A DNA stretch of 64,000 nt. It comes from Chiloscyllium plagiosum (lineage: Eukaryota). Numbering within the stretch: position 1 is the first letter of the stretch; each line of letters opens with the position of its first letter. This document shows, piece after piece, positions 52,330 through 64,000 of the stretch. The stretch covers positions 48,220,175-48,284,174 of the forward strand of contig NC_057726.1 of assembly GCF_004010195.1 (NCBI RefSeq), written 5' to 3'. Made by a program: the position numbers and the translations under genes. The notes under the pieces are model-generated. The model searched no databases. It had not been told where the DNA came from and saw nothing but the letters and a program-made list of their open reading frames with translations.

Positions 52330-54959
52330 CACAGTCTAAAATAACGTTGTGAAGTGAATTTTTCAGGACCTCACCACTACCAGGAACTAAAATCTGCTTT
52401 CAATTTTCAGCCCATAAATTCCATTGATTAATAGACAAGGTTTATCATAACTTCAGAATTTTGAGTTTCGGTTGATAACTGTTCAAAACACGGTAGAAAA
52501 TTATTTATTCCCTGTGGCTTGAGCTTCCCAATTTTTTTGTACATTTTCTGCCTCAATTTCACTGGATACTCTAGGTATTACAGTTCAATGTGATTCAGAT
52601 GAAAACCAAAACTTTTGCATTCAGATGGTGATGCTTTTGAAATGTTCAATGTTATGGACATGATCTGGGTGTAAAACATAATTATGCACCTATTGTATTG
52701 AAACTTTACAGCTGACGTGACAATAGAGAATTATCCACTCAGTGATTTAACAAACCCCTATTCACTCGTGAAAATTTTAAAAATTGATACCAACTGAGGT
52801 CTGCTCTATCATATTTCACATATTTAATTATTTGAAATTTATTTTAACCTGTGTTATACATTAGAAGATTTAATACCTTGCATGTTTTTACATCAAGCAG
52901 CCTTCATCCCCTCTCCAGAGGATCTTGTCTGCAATCTGAAATCCCATTAGCAAGGATTAAAGTTAAAAATTATGGGCAAGTGTAACCCAGCAAATGTATA
53001 TTTTAATAACTTGTCATGGAGTTGATTCAAATTTCTAGCTTTGTGACGAATTGGCATTTTAAATATTTCAAGAGCATAATTCAATTTTAACAGTACAGGT
53101 ATGCAACAAGCTACCAAGTGCCAGCAACAGAGAGGCACTTGCAGTTTCATTCCACTCTGCTGTCTGACAATTGTAAAATATATTTTCATCCTTACAATAT
53201 TTACAATGTCAATGAGTCATGGAGCTTCAAATTAAAACTAGCTGACAATAAATTATTAAATGATAACATTCTTGAACTTTGGCTGAGCTTGTTGTGAGTG
53301 CAGAAAAATAGTCCCAATGCAAACAGCTCAATAAATTATCCCAGCAAACAGTAAAAACTTATTGAATGGGCTGTTGCCCTGACAAGTGATGTAAATGCAC
53401 CTATAAGCACCTCATATCTGGCCATCTACTTGTTAATGAACCAAAAGGAGCAAAAGGCAAAATGACTGACCAGCAAAAAGATAAAGCAATCAAAAAATAA
53501 GTTAGTTTGTTTTCAAAGCTACTATTCACCAAGGTAACTCTGCAGTAGCCATTTAGAGTTATGTATAATATTTTCTATACATATAATGATTTGCATTTAT
53601 GTGATGCCTTTCAAGTCTCAAGAAATCTCAAAACACTTTACTGTTAGGTGCTTTGAAATACAGTCCCTGCAATTTAGGTGCTATATAGATACCGAAGATC
53701 CAAAATTCCGTAAGCCCTAAAAATGAGTATTGGGAGGTGCATCATTTACCCATAACCAATCCTGGTGCTTGTCAAATTCATGCTCCCTGTAAATTTACAT
53801 AACTAGAACAAGCAACTAGACCTAATGAAAATTGTGAAGGCTAGCATGAGTTCAAACTACCCAAACTACTTAAAATCAGACTGTCCTTCTTAAATGCCTT
53901 ATACACCCAATCCCCAGCAAGGTGCCCTCAATTTAGAGTCATAGAAATGTACAGTATGGAAACAGACCCTTCGGTCCAACCCGTCCATGCCAACCAGATA
54001 TCCCAACCCAATCTAGTCCCACCTGCCACCTCCCGGCCCATATCCCTCCAAACCAATTTGTTATGATTCTAGAGGATACCACAAATTATTAAGCCCTTGA
54101 GTGAGGAGGCATGAACTGCCTCCCCAGCTTTATCACCCACTCTCTCATTTGGTTGCCATAGGTTAATTTAGAAAGGATCCCTTAACTTGAGGAAACCTCT
54201 CTCCCAAACTCAAAGCATATTGGGTTTCAAAAGAAGCCTATTTAACTGGGCTTTCTTGAATTAAAAAGCTCTTGACTGAACTTCAGCATTCAGAATAATA
54301 GTGAGTCATCTTGTTATGCCATTTCTTTCCATCTGGCTTGTACGTTGGCTGGTTTCTAGCATTCAGAGTAAAGATGACATTTACCTGCAATGCAGAGGTG
54401 TCCGAGGGAATTGTTCTTCAACTGTGATCTTCACAGTTTAACCCAGGATGGTACACCTACAAGAAACTCAATCTCAGTAATCTATACAAGAATGTTTAGG
54501 TTCACTGGCACATTCCATTAAAGTTAAAATTGTCTTTTTTGGCAATCCTCATGTAGTCTTCAAAAGGAATAAAACACTGAATGTGTCTGCAATTTAGAAT
54601 GTAATCCTTGGGGTGGCTTGCTTCTGAGCAGGTTGTCAACCCTTCAATATCTTTGCGCTCACAAGTGATCACAATCAATCTGTTTTGATTTGCCATTTCC
54701 TCCTTTAATGGTTTGTTATTTGAAGTTCCCTTACATCTTCAGATGTGACATTCCATGCATTTCTGTCTCTTGGGAGAACCACCTAATTTATATCTGTAAC
54801 CAATTTCGGCTGTGCCAATTCTCTTTTAAAAAATATATTTTGGAATTACAAGTTAAAAATTTGGTGTTCTGATTTTAACACATTTGCCTGCAGCAGGCAT
54901 TGGTACTCATTCCTAAAGTGAGTTAGATCTGGGAAGGACACAACAGTGGCAGATAATAT

Positions 54960-55510
54960 ATGAGATCAGGAACCAACATTCTCTAAAGCTCCAGTGGAGG
55001 CTTGGATGTAGGAGATGAAATGTAGGACAGAAGTCTTCTGTCAACAGAGGATCTGAAAGTCCACAGGAAGAACACTACAGATGCAGTAGAGTCAGAAACT
55101 AGTGCAGTTAATGAAAAGCAGTGCAGAAAGATGTCAATGATGGGACACTAACAGTCAAGGTCAGTGAATGCATCATCACAGAACATACCTGTACCATTAG
55201 CTTCACACTCTGCATCTTTCATTGCACCTCCATTATTCATTACCGACATTTTATTTATCAAACATGACTCTTCCTTCATATTCATAGTTTCATCTTACTC
55301 TCACACCATTAATAGTGCAGCAGTCTCATACACATAATCAATGGTATACTTCTTTTCCCTTTTCCCTTGCAGGACAAGGTGGCTGATGACTGTAGCTAAT
55401 TGGTAGGGGACAGGCACAGCTTCATGCTGTCACTGTAATGGAGGTTCTGCATCAAGCAATCAGTCATGACTCATTTTGTGGGCAGTGATACAGCCGAAAA
55501 TGTTGAAGAT
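54960..55510 (+). mobile_element. PIF/Harbinger Myb/SANT-like gene remnant with GT-AG intron 55160-55372
   Basis: PTFSKAPVEAWM*EMKCRTEV...QCRKM...VK|gtcagt ... ttttcccttgcag|DKVA. Confidence 0.7.
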
Positions 55511-56444
55511 GGTGAATATCAATAATCAACTCTCCTTCCTAATCTTATTTCCTCCTCGTCCCACAATTTCTTCTGATTCTCAAGCTTGTACCTTGTAATT
55601 TATATATAACTTTAATGGAATTCTACTATTGCACCTTTATCCTTACCGACACCCAAGAATAGTAACAGATCCTTTTATAAAGTCTTGGGTAAAGAGAATA
55701 TAGCGATGGTCAGTGACAGCAGATAATAAGACATGACTGATCTTCGATGGGGTCACATTCAATAGTGGAGATGTTCACAAAGGCATTGGGCAGGACCAGT
55801 TGTGTTGGTTCCCTCCTCACTCCCTTTTGGCAAGAAGAATTGAAAACAACACGCTATTTAACTGGAGAAAAACTACAGAATGTTCTAGTCCATGGGAATT
55901 TGGTGTCCTGGTATATGAATCACAAAAGGTTAGAATATAGTTACAACAAATGACTTGGAAAACAAGTGGAATGTTGGTGCTTATTGCGGGGGTTTGAATA
56001 CAAAAGTAGGGAAATATTGTTATGGCTTTATTCAGACTTCATTTGCATTTATTTCAATGCAAGAGGTCTTACAGGTGAGGCTGATGAATTCAGGGCATAT
56101 ATGGGAAACGTGGGACTGGGACATTTTAGTTATCACAGAAACTCGGCTGAGGGAACGGCAGGACTGATATTCAGTATTCCAGGTTTTAGATGTTTTGGGA
56201 AGGATAGAAAGAGAGGTAAGACAGGCAGTGGAAGGCATTTTTTGATCAAGGAAAGCATTACTATTGTAATTAAAGAAAATATTTCTGAGGGAACATTTGG
56301 TGAAAATGTATGGTTTAAAATTAGAAATAAGAAAGCGATGGTCACCTTGATGAGATTGTACTATAGGCACCCGAATAGTCAGAGGGAAATTGAGAAGCAA
56401 ATATATAGAGAGATCGCAAATATATGTAAAAATAATAAGGTTGT

Positions 56445-56830
56445 ACCAGATATCCCAATCCAGTCTAGTCCCACCTGCCACCACCTGGCCCATATTCCTC
56501 CAAACCCTTCTCATTCATATACCCATCCAAATGTCTTTTAAATGTTGCAATTGTACTAGCCTCCACCTCTTCCTCTGACAGCTCATTCCATATACGTACC
56601 CACCTTCTGTGTGAAAATGTTGCTCCTTATGTCTCTTTTATATCTTTCTCCTCTCACCCTAAATCTATGCCCTCTGCTTTTGGACTCCCCCACCCCAGGG
56701 AAAAGACTTTGTCTATTTATCCTATCCACTCCCCTCATATTTCTAAACTTCTATAAGATCATCCCTCAGCCTCCGAAGCTCCAGGGAAAACAGCCCCAAC
56801 ATGTTCAGCCTCTCCCTCTAGCTCAAATTT
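56445..56830 (-). mobile_element. CR1 (HER1-like) 3' fragment nested in antisense
   Basis: Same sequence as 32880-33270 and the reverse of 21900-22250. Confidence 0.9.
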
Positions 56831-57086
56831 GTTAAATTGTTCAAGAAAATTTTATTTTTCAACATGTAAATGTTCCTACTGGAGAAAGAGCAAAACCTGG
56901 CCTTCTTTTGGGAAATAAGGCAGGGCAAGTGACCAGCAAAGTGTTAGCAGAGGAACACTTTGGGACCAGTGATCATAATATTATGAGTTTTAAAATCATT
57001 AGAGAAAAAGATACATATTCCATAAAAATTCTTAATTGGAGTAAGGTCAATTTTAAGCATATGAAACAAGAACTTTCACAAGTTGA

Positions 57087-57518
57087 TTGGAGGTAGGAGG
57101 TGATGGTGATAAGTTGGTGGGAAGTGTGGAGCAGAAAGGTGGGAAGGAAGATGGATATGAAGATCAGGTCAAGAAGGCGGTGCCAAGTTGGAGGGTTGAA
57201 ACTGGGATGAGGTGGGGGGAAGTGGAGATCTGGAAACTGGTGAATTCAGGGTTGAGGCCATGTGGTTGTAGGTTTCTGAGGTCGAAAATGAGGTGTTCCT
57301 CCTCCAGTTTGTGGGTGGCCTTATCAATTACCGTTCTCCCAGGGCCCAACACCCATTTATTTCTCAGCCTCCTTTCCCCTCCCCAGTTCTGATGAAAGAT
57401 TAACTCTGAAACACTGACGCTCTTGCTCCATGGATGCTGCCTGATCTGTCATGCTTTTTCCAGTGCTACACTTTATCGGCTCTGACTTCTCCAGCACCTG
57501 CAGTCCTCACTATCTCCT
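57087..57518. mobile_element. PLE fragment: inverted GIY-YIG C-terminus plus pLTR and tail
   Basis: Minus strand DKATHKLEEEHLIFDLRNLQPHGLNPEFTSF; plus-strand family A pLTR with decayed ctgatgaaagattaactctgaaac. Confidence 0.85.
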
Positions 57519-57842
57519 TGTTCCTATTAGAGTGTAAAGCAAGGCTGGTCAGAATCGGGAACATTGAGTGAATACAGATATTGAGGTTCTGGTCAAGTAT
57601 AAAAAGGAATCATTTATTAGATATAGGCACCTGGGATCAACTGAATCTCTTGAAGCATTTAAGGAGTATAGGGGCAGGAAATCAAGATGGGAAAAAGTGG
57701 ATATGAGATAGCCTTAGTAGATAAGGTTAAAGATAATCCAAAAAGATTCTACAAATACATTTAAGAGCAATAGAACAACTAGAAAGAGAGTAGGATCCCT
57801 TAAAGATCAACGAGGTCATCTTTGTGTTGAACCTCAGGAGAT

Positions 57843-58069
57843 GGAGAGATATTAAATGAATATTTTGTGTTTGTTTTTACTGTTGAGAAAGAAATGCAGG
57901 CTAGAGAACTCAGGGAAATAAGTATTTTAGATTACTTATGGTGTGGAAACAGGAAATGGGAGAGATATTAAATGAATATTTTGTGCTTGTTTTTACTGTT
58001 GAGAAAGAAATACAGGCTAGAGAACTCAGGGACATAAGTATGTTAGATTACTTATGGCATGGAAACAGG
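57843..58069. repeat. 116-bp tandem duplication across the CR1/HE1 junction
   Basis: ggagagatattaaatg at 57843 and 57959; both units end in ttagattacttatgg..tggaaacagg; about 6 mismatches. Confidence 0.9.
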
Positions 58070-58303
58070 CCCTTCAGCCCAACAAGTCCACACCAACCCT
58101 CCGAAAAGCAACCCACCCAGACCCATTCCCCTAACGTTACGGGCAATTTAGCATGGCCAATTCACCTAACCTGCACATTGTTTGGACTGTGGGAGGAAAC
58201 CGGAACACCCGGAGGAAACTCCCCACAGACAATTGCCTGAGGCAGGAATTGCACCCGGGTTGCTGGTGCTGTGAGGTAGTGGTGCTAACCACTGTGCTAC
58301 CCA
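58043..58303 (-). mobile_element. HE1-type V-SINE, internally deleted
   Basis: Same head, V-domain and tail as 10067-10373; probable TSD aaataagtat/aaataagcat. Confidence 0.9.
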
Positions 58304-58960
58304 CCAAATAAGCATTGATGTTTTGAAAACAGTTCACATTATAGAAGAAGTACTGCTGGAAATCTTAAAAAACATAAAAGCAGACAAATCTCCAGGACCT
58401 GATCAAGTGTAGCCTAGAATGTTGTAGAAAGTTAGGGAGGTAATTGTAAGGCCTCCAGCAGAAATGTTTTATCTATAAACATTATCCACAAACACAGGTG
58501 AAGTAGCAGAGGACTGGAAGGTGGCTAATGTTGCTCCTTTATTTAAGAAAGGCTGTAAGGAGAAGCCAGGAAACAATAGACCTGTGAGTCTGACATCAAT
58601 GATGAGCAGGTTGTTGGAGGTGATTCTGAAAGATTGGATTTACATGCACTTGGTGAGGTCAGGACTGATTAGGAATAGTCAACATGGCTTTGTATGTGGA
58701 AAAACATGTCTCACAAACTTGAGTTTTTAAATTAAGTAACCAAAAAGATCAATGAGGTCAGAGTGGTTGACGTTGTTTACTTGGACTTCAGTCAAGCCTT
58801 TGTCAAGGTTTCACATAGTAGACTAAGAAGTTAAATCACACAGGATTCAGGGTCAGCTTGTCAATTGAACACAAAATTGGCTTGACAGTAGGAGACAGAG
58901 GGTAATGGTGGAGGGTTGTTTTTCAGACTGGAGGCCTGTGACCAGCAGTGTTCCACAGGG

Positions 58961-59131
58961 ATCGATACTGGGTTCACTTTTGTTTGTCAGTTATATAAAT
59001 GATTTGGATAAGAATATAGAAGCATGGTTAGTAATTTTGCAGATGATCGATACTGGGTTCACTTTTGTTTGTCAGTTATATAAATGATTTGGATAAGAAT
59101 ATAGGAGGCATGGTTAGTAATTTTGCAGATG
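58961..59131. repeat. About 85-bp tandem duplication inside CR1 RT
   Basis: atcgatactgggttcac...taattttgcagatg at 58961-59045 and 59046-59131. Confidence 0.93.
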
Positions 59132-60599
59132 ACACCAAAATTGGTGATATAGTGGATAGTGAAGACGGTTAGCTAAGATTACAAGGAGATCTTGATTAAT
59201 TGGGTCAATGGGTTGAGGAGTGGCAGATGGAGTTTACTTAGGATAAAAGTGAGGTATTGCATTTTGGTAAAACAAACAAGGGGAGAACTTATACAATTAA
59301 AAGTAAGGCCCTGGGTACTATTGTAAAACAGACAGACCAAGGAGTTCAGGTACATAATTCTTTGAAATTTGCATCACAGATAGTCAGGGTGTTTAAGAAG
59401 GCACTTAACCCACTTGCCTTCATTATTCAGACCTTTGAGTATAGGAGTTGGGACGTCATGTTGAAGTTGTATAGGACGTTGGTGAGGCCTCTTCTGGAGT
59501 ACTGTGTGCAGTTGTGGTTGCCCAGTTATTAAACTGGAGAGGATGCAGAAAAGATTCACCATAATGTTGTTGTGAATGGAGGGTTTGAGATATTAAATAG
59601 ATTGGAAAGGCTGAGACGTTTTTCACTGGAGATTAGGTGGTTGAGAAGTGACCATTTGAGGTTTATAAAATCATGAGGGTCATAGATAAGGTGAATAACA
59701 AGAGTGTTTTTCCTAGAATGGGGGAATTCAAAACAAGGGGGCATATTTTTAAGTTGAGAGGAGAAAGATTTAAAAAGGACGGGAGGGACAACATTTTTAC
59801 ACAAAGAGTTGTTTGTGTGTGGAATGAACTTCGAGAGAAAGTGATGGATGCAGGCTCAGGTACAGTTTCAAAGTTTAAAGTCATTTGGATAAGTTCATGA
59901 GTAGGAAAGGTTTGGAGGAATATGGGCCAAGCTGAGGCATATGGGACTAGTTTAGTTTGGGAACATGGTCAGTGTGAATTGGTTGGAGTGAAGGGTCTGT
60001 TTCCATGCTGTATGACTCTATCTACAGTATCTTGTATAGTTTTGGCCTTCTTACTTTAAAAATGGTATAACTGCATTATAAGCAATCCAGAGAATGCTCA
60101 TTGGACTGATTCTTAAGATGAAGGGCTATCTTATGTGGAAAGGTGGGAGGTTGAGCTTGGACCCATTAAAGTTGAGAAGAATGAGAGGTGATTTTAATAA
60201 TTCTAACAAGGGACTTGACAGGGCACCTGTTGAGAAAGTGACTTTGTGGGGAGTCTAGAACTAGGGGTCACAGATAAAAAGAAATGGACTCTTACATTTC
60301 TGACAGATGAGAAGAAATTATTTTCTCCCAGAGAATTAGTAATCTGTGAAATTCTCTTTCTAGAGTACAGCGAAGACTGGGTCATTGATTACACTCAAGG
60401 CTGAGTTAGATAGTCTGAAGCTTAATAGATTTGTGATCAACAAAGGAATCAAGAATTTTTAGGAACAGACAGGTAACAGACAGGAGTTGAAGATACAATC
60501 AGATAAGCTATGACCTTATCAAATGGTAGATCAGTCTTGAAAGGCCAACTAGCCTAGTCCTGCACCTGGTTCACCTAGTCTTGTGTTCCTCTTCCTCCT

Positions 60600-61530
60600 C
60601 ATTCCACCAGAATATCTGATGCATGAACTGTGGCCTCATGGTGTGATATTGTATACGATACATCATCACAATGTTGTGATACACACTCTGGTAAATTCTG
60701 CAGCTTTACCCAGAGCAGATCAAGGAATGTAAGCATTACCAATCCTCCCAGTGGTCTGCTAGATGACAGTTTACATTACGGACTGGCTTTTGTTACAGCA
60801 TTTTGCCCATATGTGTATAGGTTGCACACTGGAGTCATGGGCCCAGTAGATAGTGGATATCCTCTGGTCTCTCCTTAATGACAATGCTGATGGTATAAAG
60901 GGTTGGAGCAGGATTAATGCTGCATGACTATTACCAGGATGCCAAGCAATAAATTACATGATGTGTTGAGCAAAGTTGTTCAGACACCAACTGGGCATTG
61001 AAAGAGTGGGATACCTATATATCTCTGAATTGACATGCACTGCCCACAGAACAGTATGCACACAGTTAATGATACCTTGTTCTATGGCAAAAACTACTAT
61101 CCTGGCAAAGCTGAGTTCTAGCTCCATCAGCTCCTCTCTAACGGGAGACATTTGCATTTTTTTCTCTTTGCGTAGAGAACCTTGGGGATCTCCCATACTC
61201 AACCGTTGAGGTGTTAGAAATGAAATCTAGACCAGCCTACAATCAGCTAGTGCTAAAGATTCATGTCCATGGTCATCCTTACAGCTGCCCTTATCTTATT
61301 GTGAGAATGTAAGTCTACCTGCATCAAAAGTGACAAATTTCAGGGAGCATCTCTTTAGTGAAATAGAGACTTTGTACATAATGTTCCTTGGTAAGACTGA
61401 GATAAGAAAATTGCCTCCTTAAGATCCTGGCTATCCATGGTATTTTTATTCCTTCGTCTTCAAATTGTTGGTGCTCCTCTACCTCTGTGTTGTTTTTTTC
61501 TCCCCTCAGCTCACTGCACACTAAAGGAGA
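60600..61530 (-). mobile_element. PIF/Harbinger DDE transposase remnant (HARBI1-like family)
   Basis: RILRRQFSYLSLTKEHYVQSLYFTKEMLPEICHF; FARIVVFAIEQGIINCVHTVL (GAIDCTH-like); WHPGNSHAALIL (PGSxHD-like); GETRGYPL..PMTPV (GDxGYPL..WLMTP-like). Confidence 0.82.
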
Positions 61531-64000
61531 TTAAACCCATTGCACCACAACTGGGTGAAAGTGGTCTGAACAGAATCCCAAGCAAGACTCCAATCGTCAT
61601 CAAGTGCCTCCTGTAAAATGCTGCAACTTTACTTTACAGTGAAATTTACGAACACTTCTACTCACTTAGTAATATCCAGTAGAAATCAGTCAACAACTAA
61701 CCTAAAAGTGGTTGGTGACTCATTTAAGTTACACTCGTGAGAGTGCAAGAGCACATCGGGAGTGTCCCCTGCTGCAGAACATATTTAACTGTTCAAGAGT
61801 GAGGTGTGTCGAGGTCAAAGTTGGTATTGCTACTCAAATCAGTGCTGCAAACTGACTAACATCATACTCTGCTTACTCTGTACACTTCTTGTTTATGAGC
61901 TAATGATGTGTCCCAAAAGGCACCTGGAGTAGCCCAGACTAAAGCAATGTCACCACTTTGGACTTGAAACAACAGCCATAACACTGAAAATATGGTCTTC
62001 AGGCAACTTAATCTTTTGACAGGAGTTTTCCTTTTAGCTTATACTGAAAAAGTATTTTGGAGTTTTTGAGTGAAGTTTTGACTCAGCTGTACTCCTTCAC
62101 TCTCCTCTGACTTCATTTTGGCCTCAGTTTGGCCTAACAATTTATTGGCCCCAAGCTATCAGCTCAATTACTAATATGACGACCCTGATCACCACCATAC
62201 CTATTATTGAAACTGTGGCAGAATTATGCACACATTTATAATTTACCGTTTGTTTTTTGTACATTACAAGTGACTAAATGCTCCTTAAATTAATATCAAC
62301 AGCCTTCTGGCAAATACCTATAACTTTTCAAGTCAATTTCTGTTGCACATTACTTCAAATTGTTACAGATATAATCACAGTCAGATGGCCAGGACAGCTT
62401 AGTATTGTGTCCTTTCAGGCCTCATTAAAAAATAAACTCATATGTTTGTCAAAATAATGAAGCTAAACTGATTCAGGAAAGTGATGGCATTCATTACTAT
62501 ATCTTCATCAATTCCATTCTTACTCAGTATCAATCTGGTACACTAAATAGATCAAAATGTTCTGTGAAGTTTAATTCTGTTTATTGCAGCAAAGCAGTGA
62601 GCAGCAATCTGCTATGTTAACGTGATGTTTCCGACATGATCTAAGTATGGATTTATGATTTCTTTCAGTTATAAGTCTGATTGAACTCAACTGGTAAAAC
62701 CTTCAATCAGTGCAGGAATCTCAGCCTTTATTAGTTTAGATCTAAATCACACGTCTTGTAAAACAAAGTCTGAGCGTTAATGTATTTTACTTAATGAGAT
62801 GACAATCTGTATGGATTCCATACAAAAATACTTTTACACAGGCCATAAAGATTATAAACAGTAAAACAGAATTGTAATAAATGCATTTTGATTTAAGTGT
62901 GATCCTAAAAATTATAGCCGACCTTCTCATAGGACAATATTGAAAATAGTCAAAACATTACACTGTTAAAACATGAATCAAAACTGTCACAGCCTGTGGA
63001 CATATTTTTAAAATTGCTTAGCTGCATGAATGTCCCTTTAGTGCTTGAAGGACTTTAATAAAATTGATTTTCTGTGTATACCCTTTTAGAAGCTATACGC
63101 TTGAAATATGAACCTTTCATTGTTGAAAGTGTTTCATTTTTTGCCCTGTAGCTAATGATCAAGGGAAATAGTGTGTTCAGAATTCTCTACGGTTGCCATT
63201 TTCATAATTAAATAGTGCTAATAATAGTGCCTTGCAGACTTTAAACAAACTGCTCTTGAAAGAGAATGTGGTTTGTGTGTTTCATTTAGAGGTGTATGCA
63301 ATGGGAAGTTAATGAATAAGCAAGCATCAGCAATAAGTATGGCATTTCCACATATTGCTTCTTTACAAAAGAACAAATGATGACATTTATTTTGCTTTGA
63401 TTAAAAATTATTACTTAAGTTTCTCGATAGCTTATAATTAAGGAACTTGAAGTTATTATCCTTAACTAGTCTGGAGTAGCTTTCCATCATACAATGTTTT
63501 AATAATATAGGAAGTGCACAACAACATAAGCTGTTACATAAATCATCACATTGTTTAACAGCCACTGTGTCAAGCCACAAATTGTTAAAAGCAGATTTCA
63601 TTAAAGCCTACAGAAAACTTTATACTTAGAATAATATATTGGCACAATTACTGTTGGCTTAATGATACAGTGAGCATTTATTCAATTATCAAGTAAGCAA
63701 GTATTAGAAAGAACATTTATTAAAACAATTTATTTTCACAACAATCTGACAACTTCTGGACACAGACTGTTTCAGGTACTTCACTGCAATGCAAATAAAA
63801 TGTCCTATAGGATGATGCTAATGTAAATGTTAACTGTTGCATATGCTAGAAGCAACCATTGAATTTCAGATTAAGTTGAAGTGTTTCCTCAGTACCATGG
63901 AAGATTTCTATCGTAACTGGAATCCATTCTAGATAACTTAATTTGTCTGAAAATAAGTGTAACAAAATTTTGTGAGGAATTTCTAGTAAAAGACACAAAA

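Larger units (their letters stand above)
56035..60024 (+). mobile_element. CR1 LINE, nearly full ORF2 (APE and RT), decayed, with three nested inserts
   Basis: CIYFNARGL, WDILVITET, LYYRHPNS, HFGTSDHN, ANVAPLFKKG...PGNNRPVSLTS, VPQGSILGSLLF, FADDTKIG, RPLLEYCVQLW; 3' end tatgactcta. Confidence 0.95.
55840..60590 (+). mobile_element. Old CR1 3' fragment split into about 55840-56033 and 60025-60590
   Basis: RGFEYKSREILLWLY breaks off at about 56033; CR1 3' homology resumes after 60025. Confidence 0.7.

Noticed and set aside
55966..56541. Longest ORF (191 aa) as a gene
   Set aside because: It is a chance read-through of old CR1, CR1 APE and an antisense CR1 insert.
60600..61530. Domesticated HARBI1 host gene
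   Set aside because: Multiple stops and frameshifts and substituted catalytic Asp positions; it is a dead transposase.

Overview
Repeat-dominated, AT-rich vertebrate intronic or intergenic DNA, almost certainly from a cartilaginous fish (shark). This is inferred from HE1 V-SINEs, HER1/CR1 LINEs and shark-type Penelope-like repeats. No host protein-coding gene could be confidently identified, and every recognisable ORF is a decayed transposon remnant. These include at least eight CR1 copies (several nested), a split Tx1/L1-clade element, two or three Gypsy LTR relics, two PIF/Harbinger relics (Myb/SANT gene plus transposase), RTE and L2 fragments, two Tigger-like MITEs, two HE1 SINEs and a tRNA-Thr-derived pseudogene. 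The most structured signal is about 20 Penelope-like element (PLE) derivatives from at least four sequence families. Most carry a minimal hammerhead-ribozyme core (CUGANGA-N-stem II-GAAA-NN-UH). Ten share one architecture: an inverted arm, an unpaired tail of about 20-40 nt and a 9-14 bp target-site duplication. There is one 191-N gap (1634-1824). All calls are by eye and the boundaries of old repeats are approximate.
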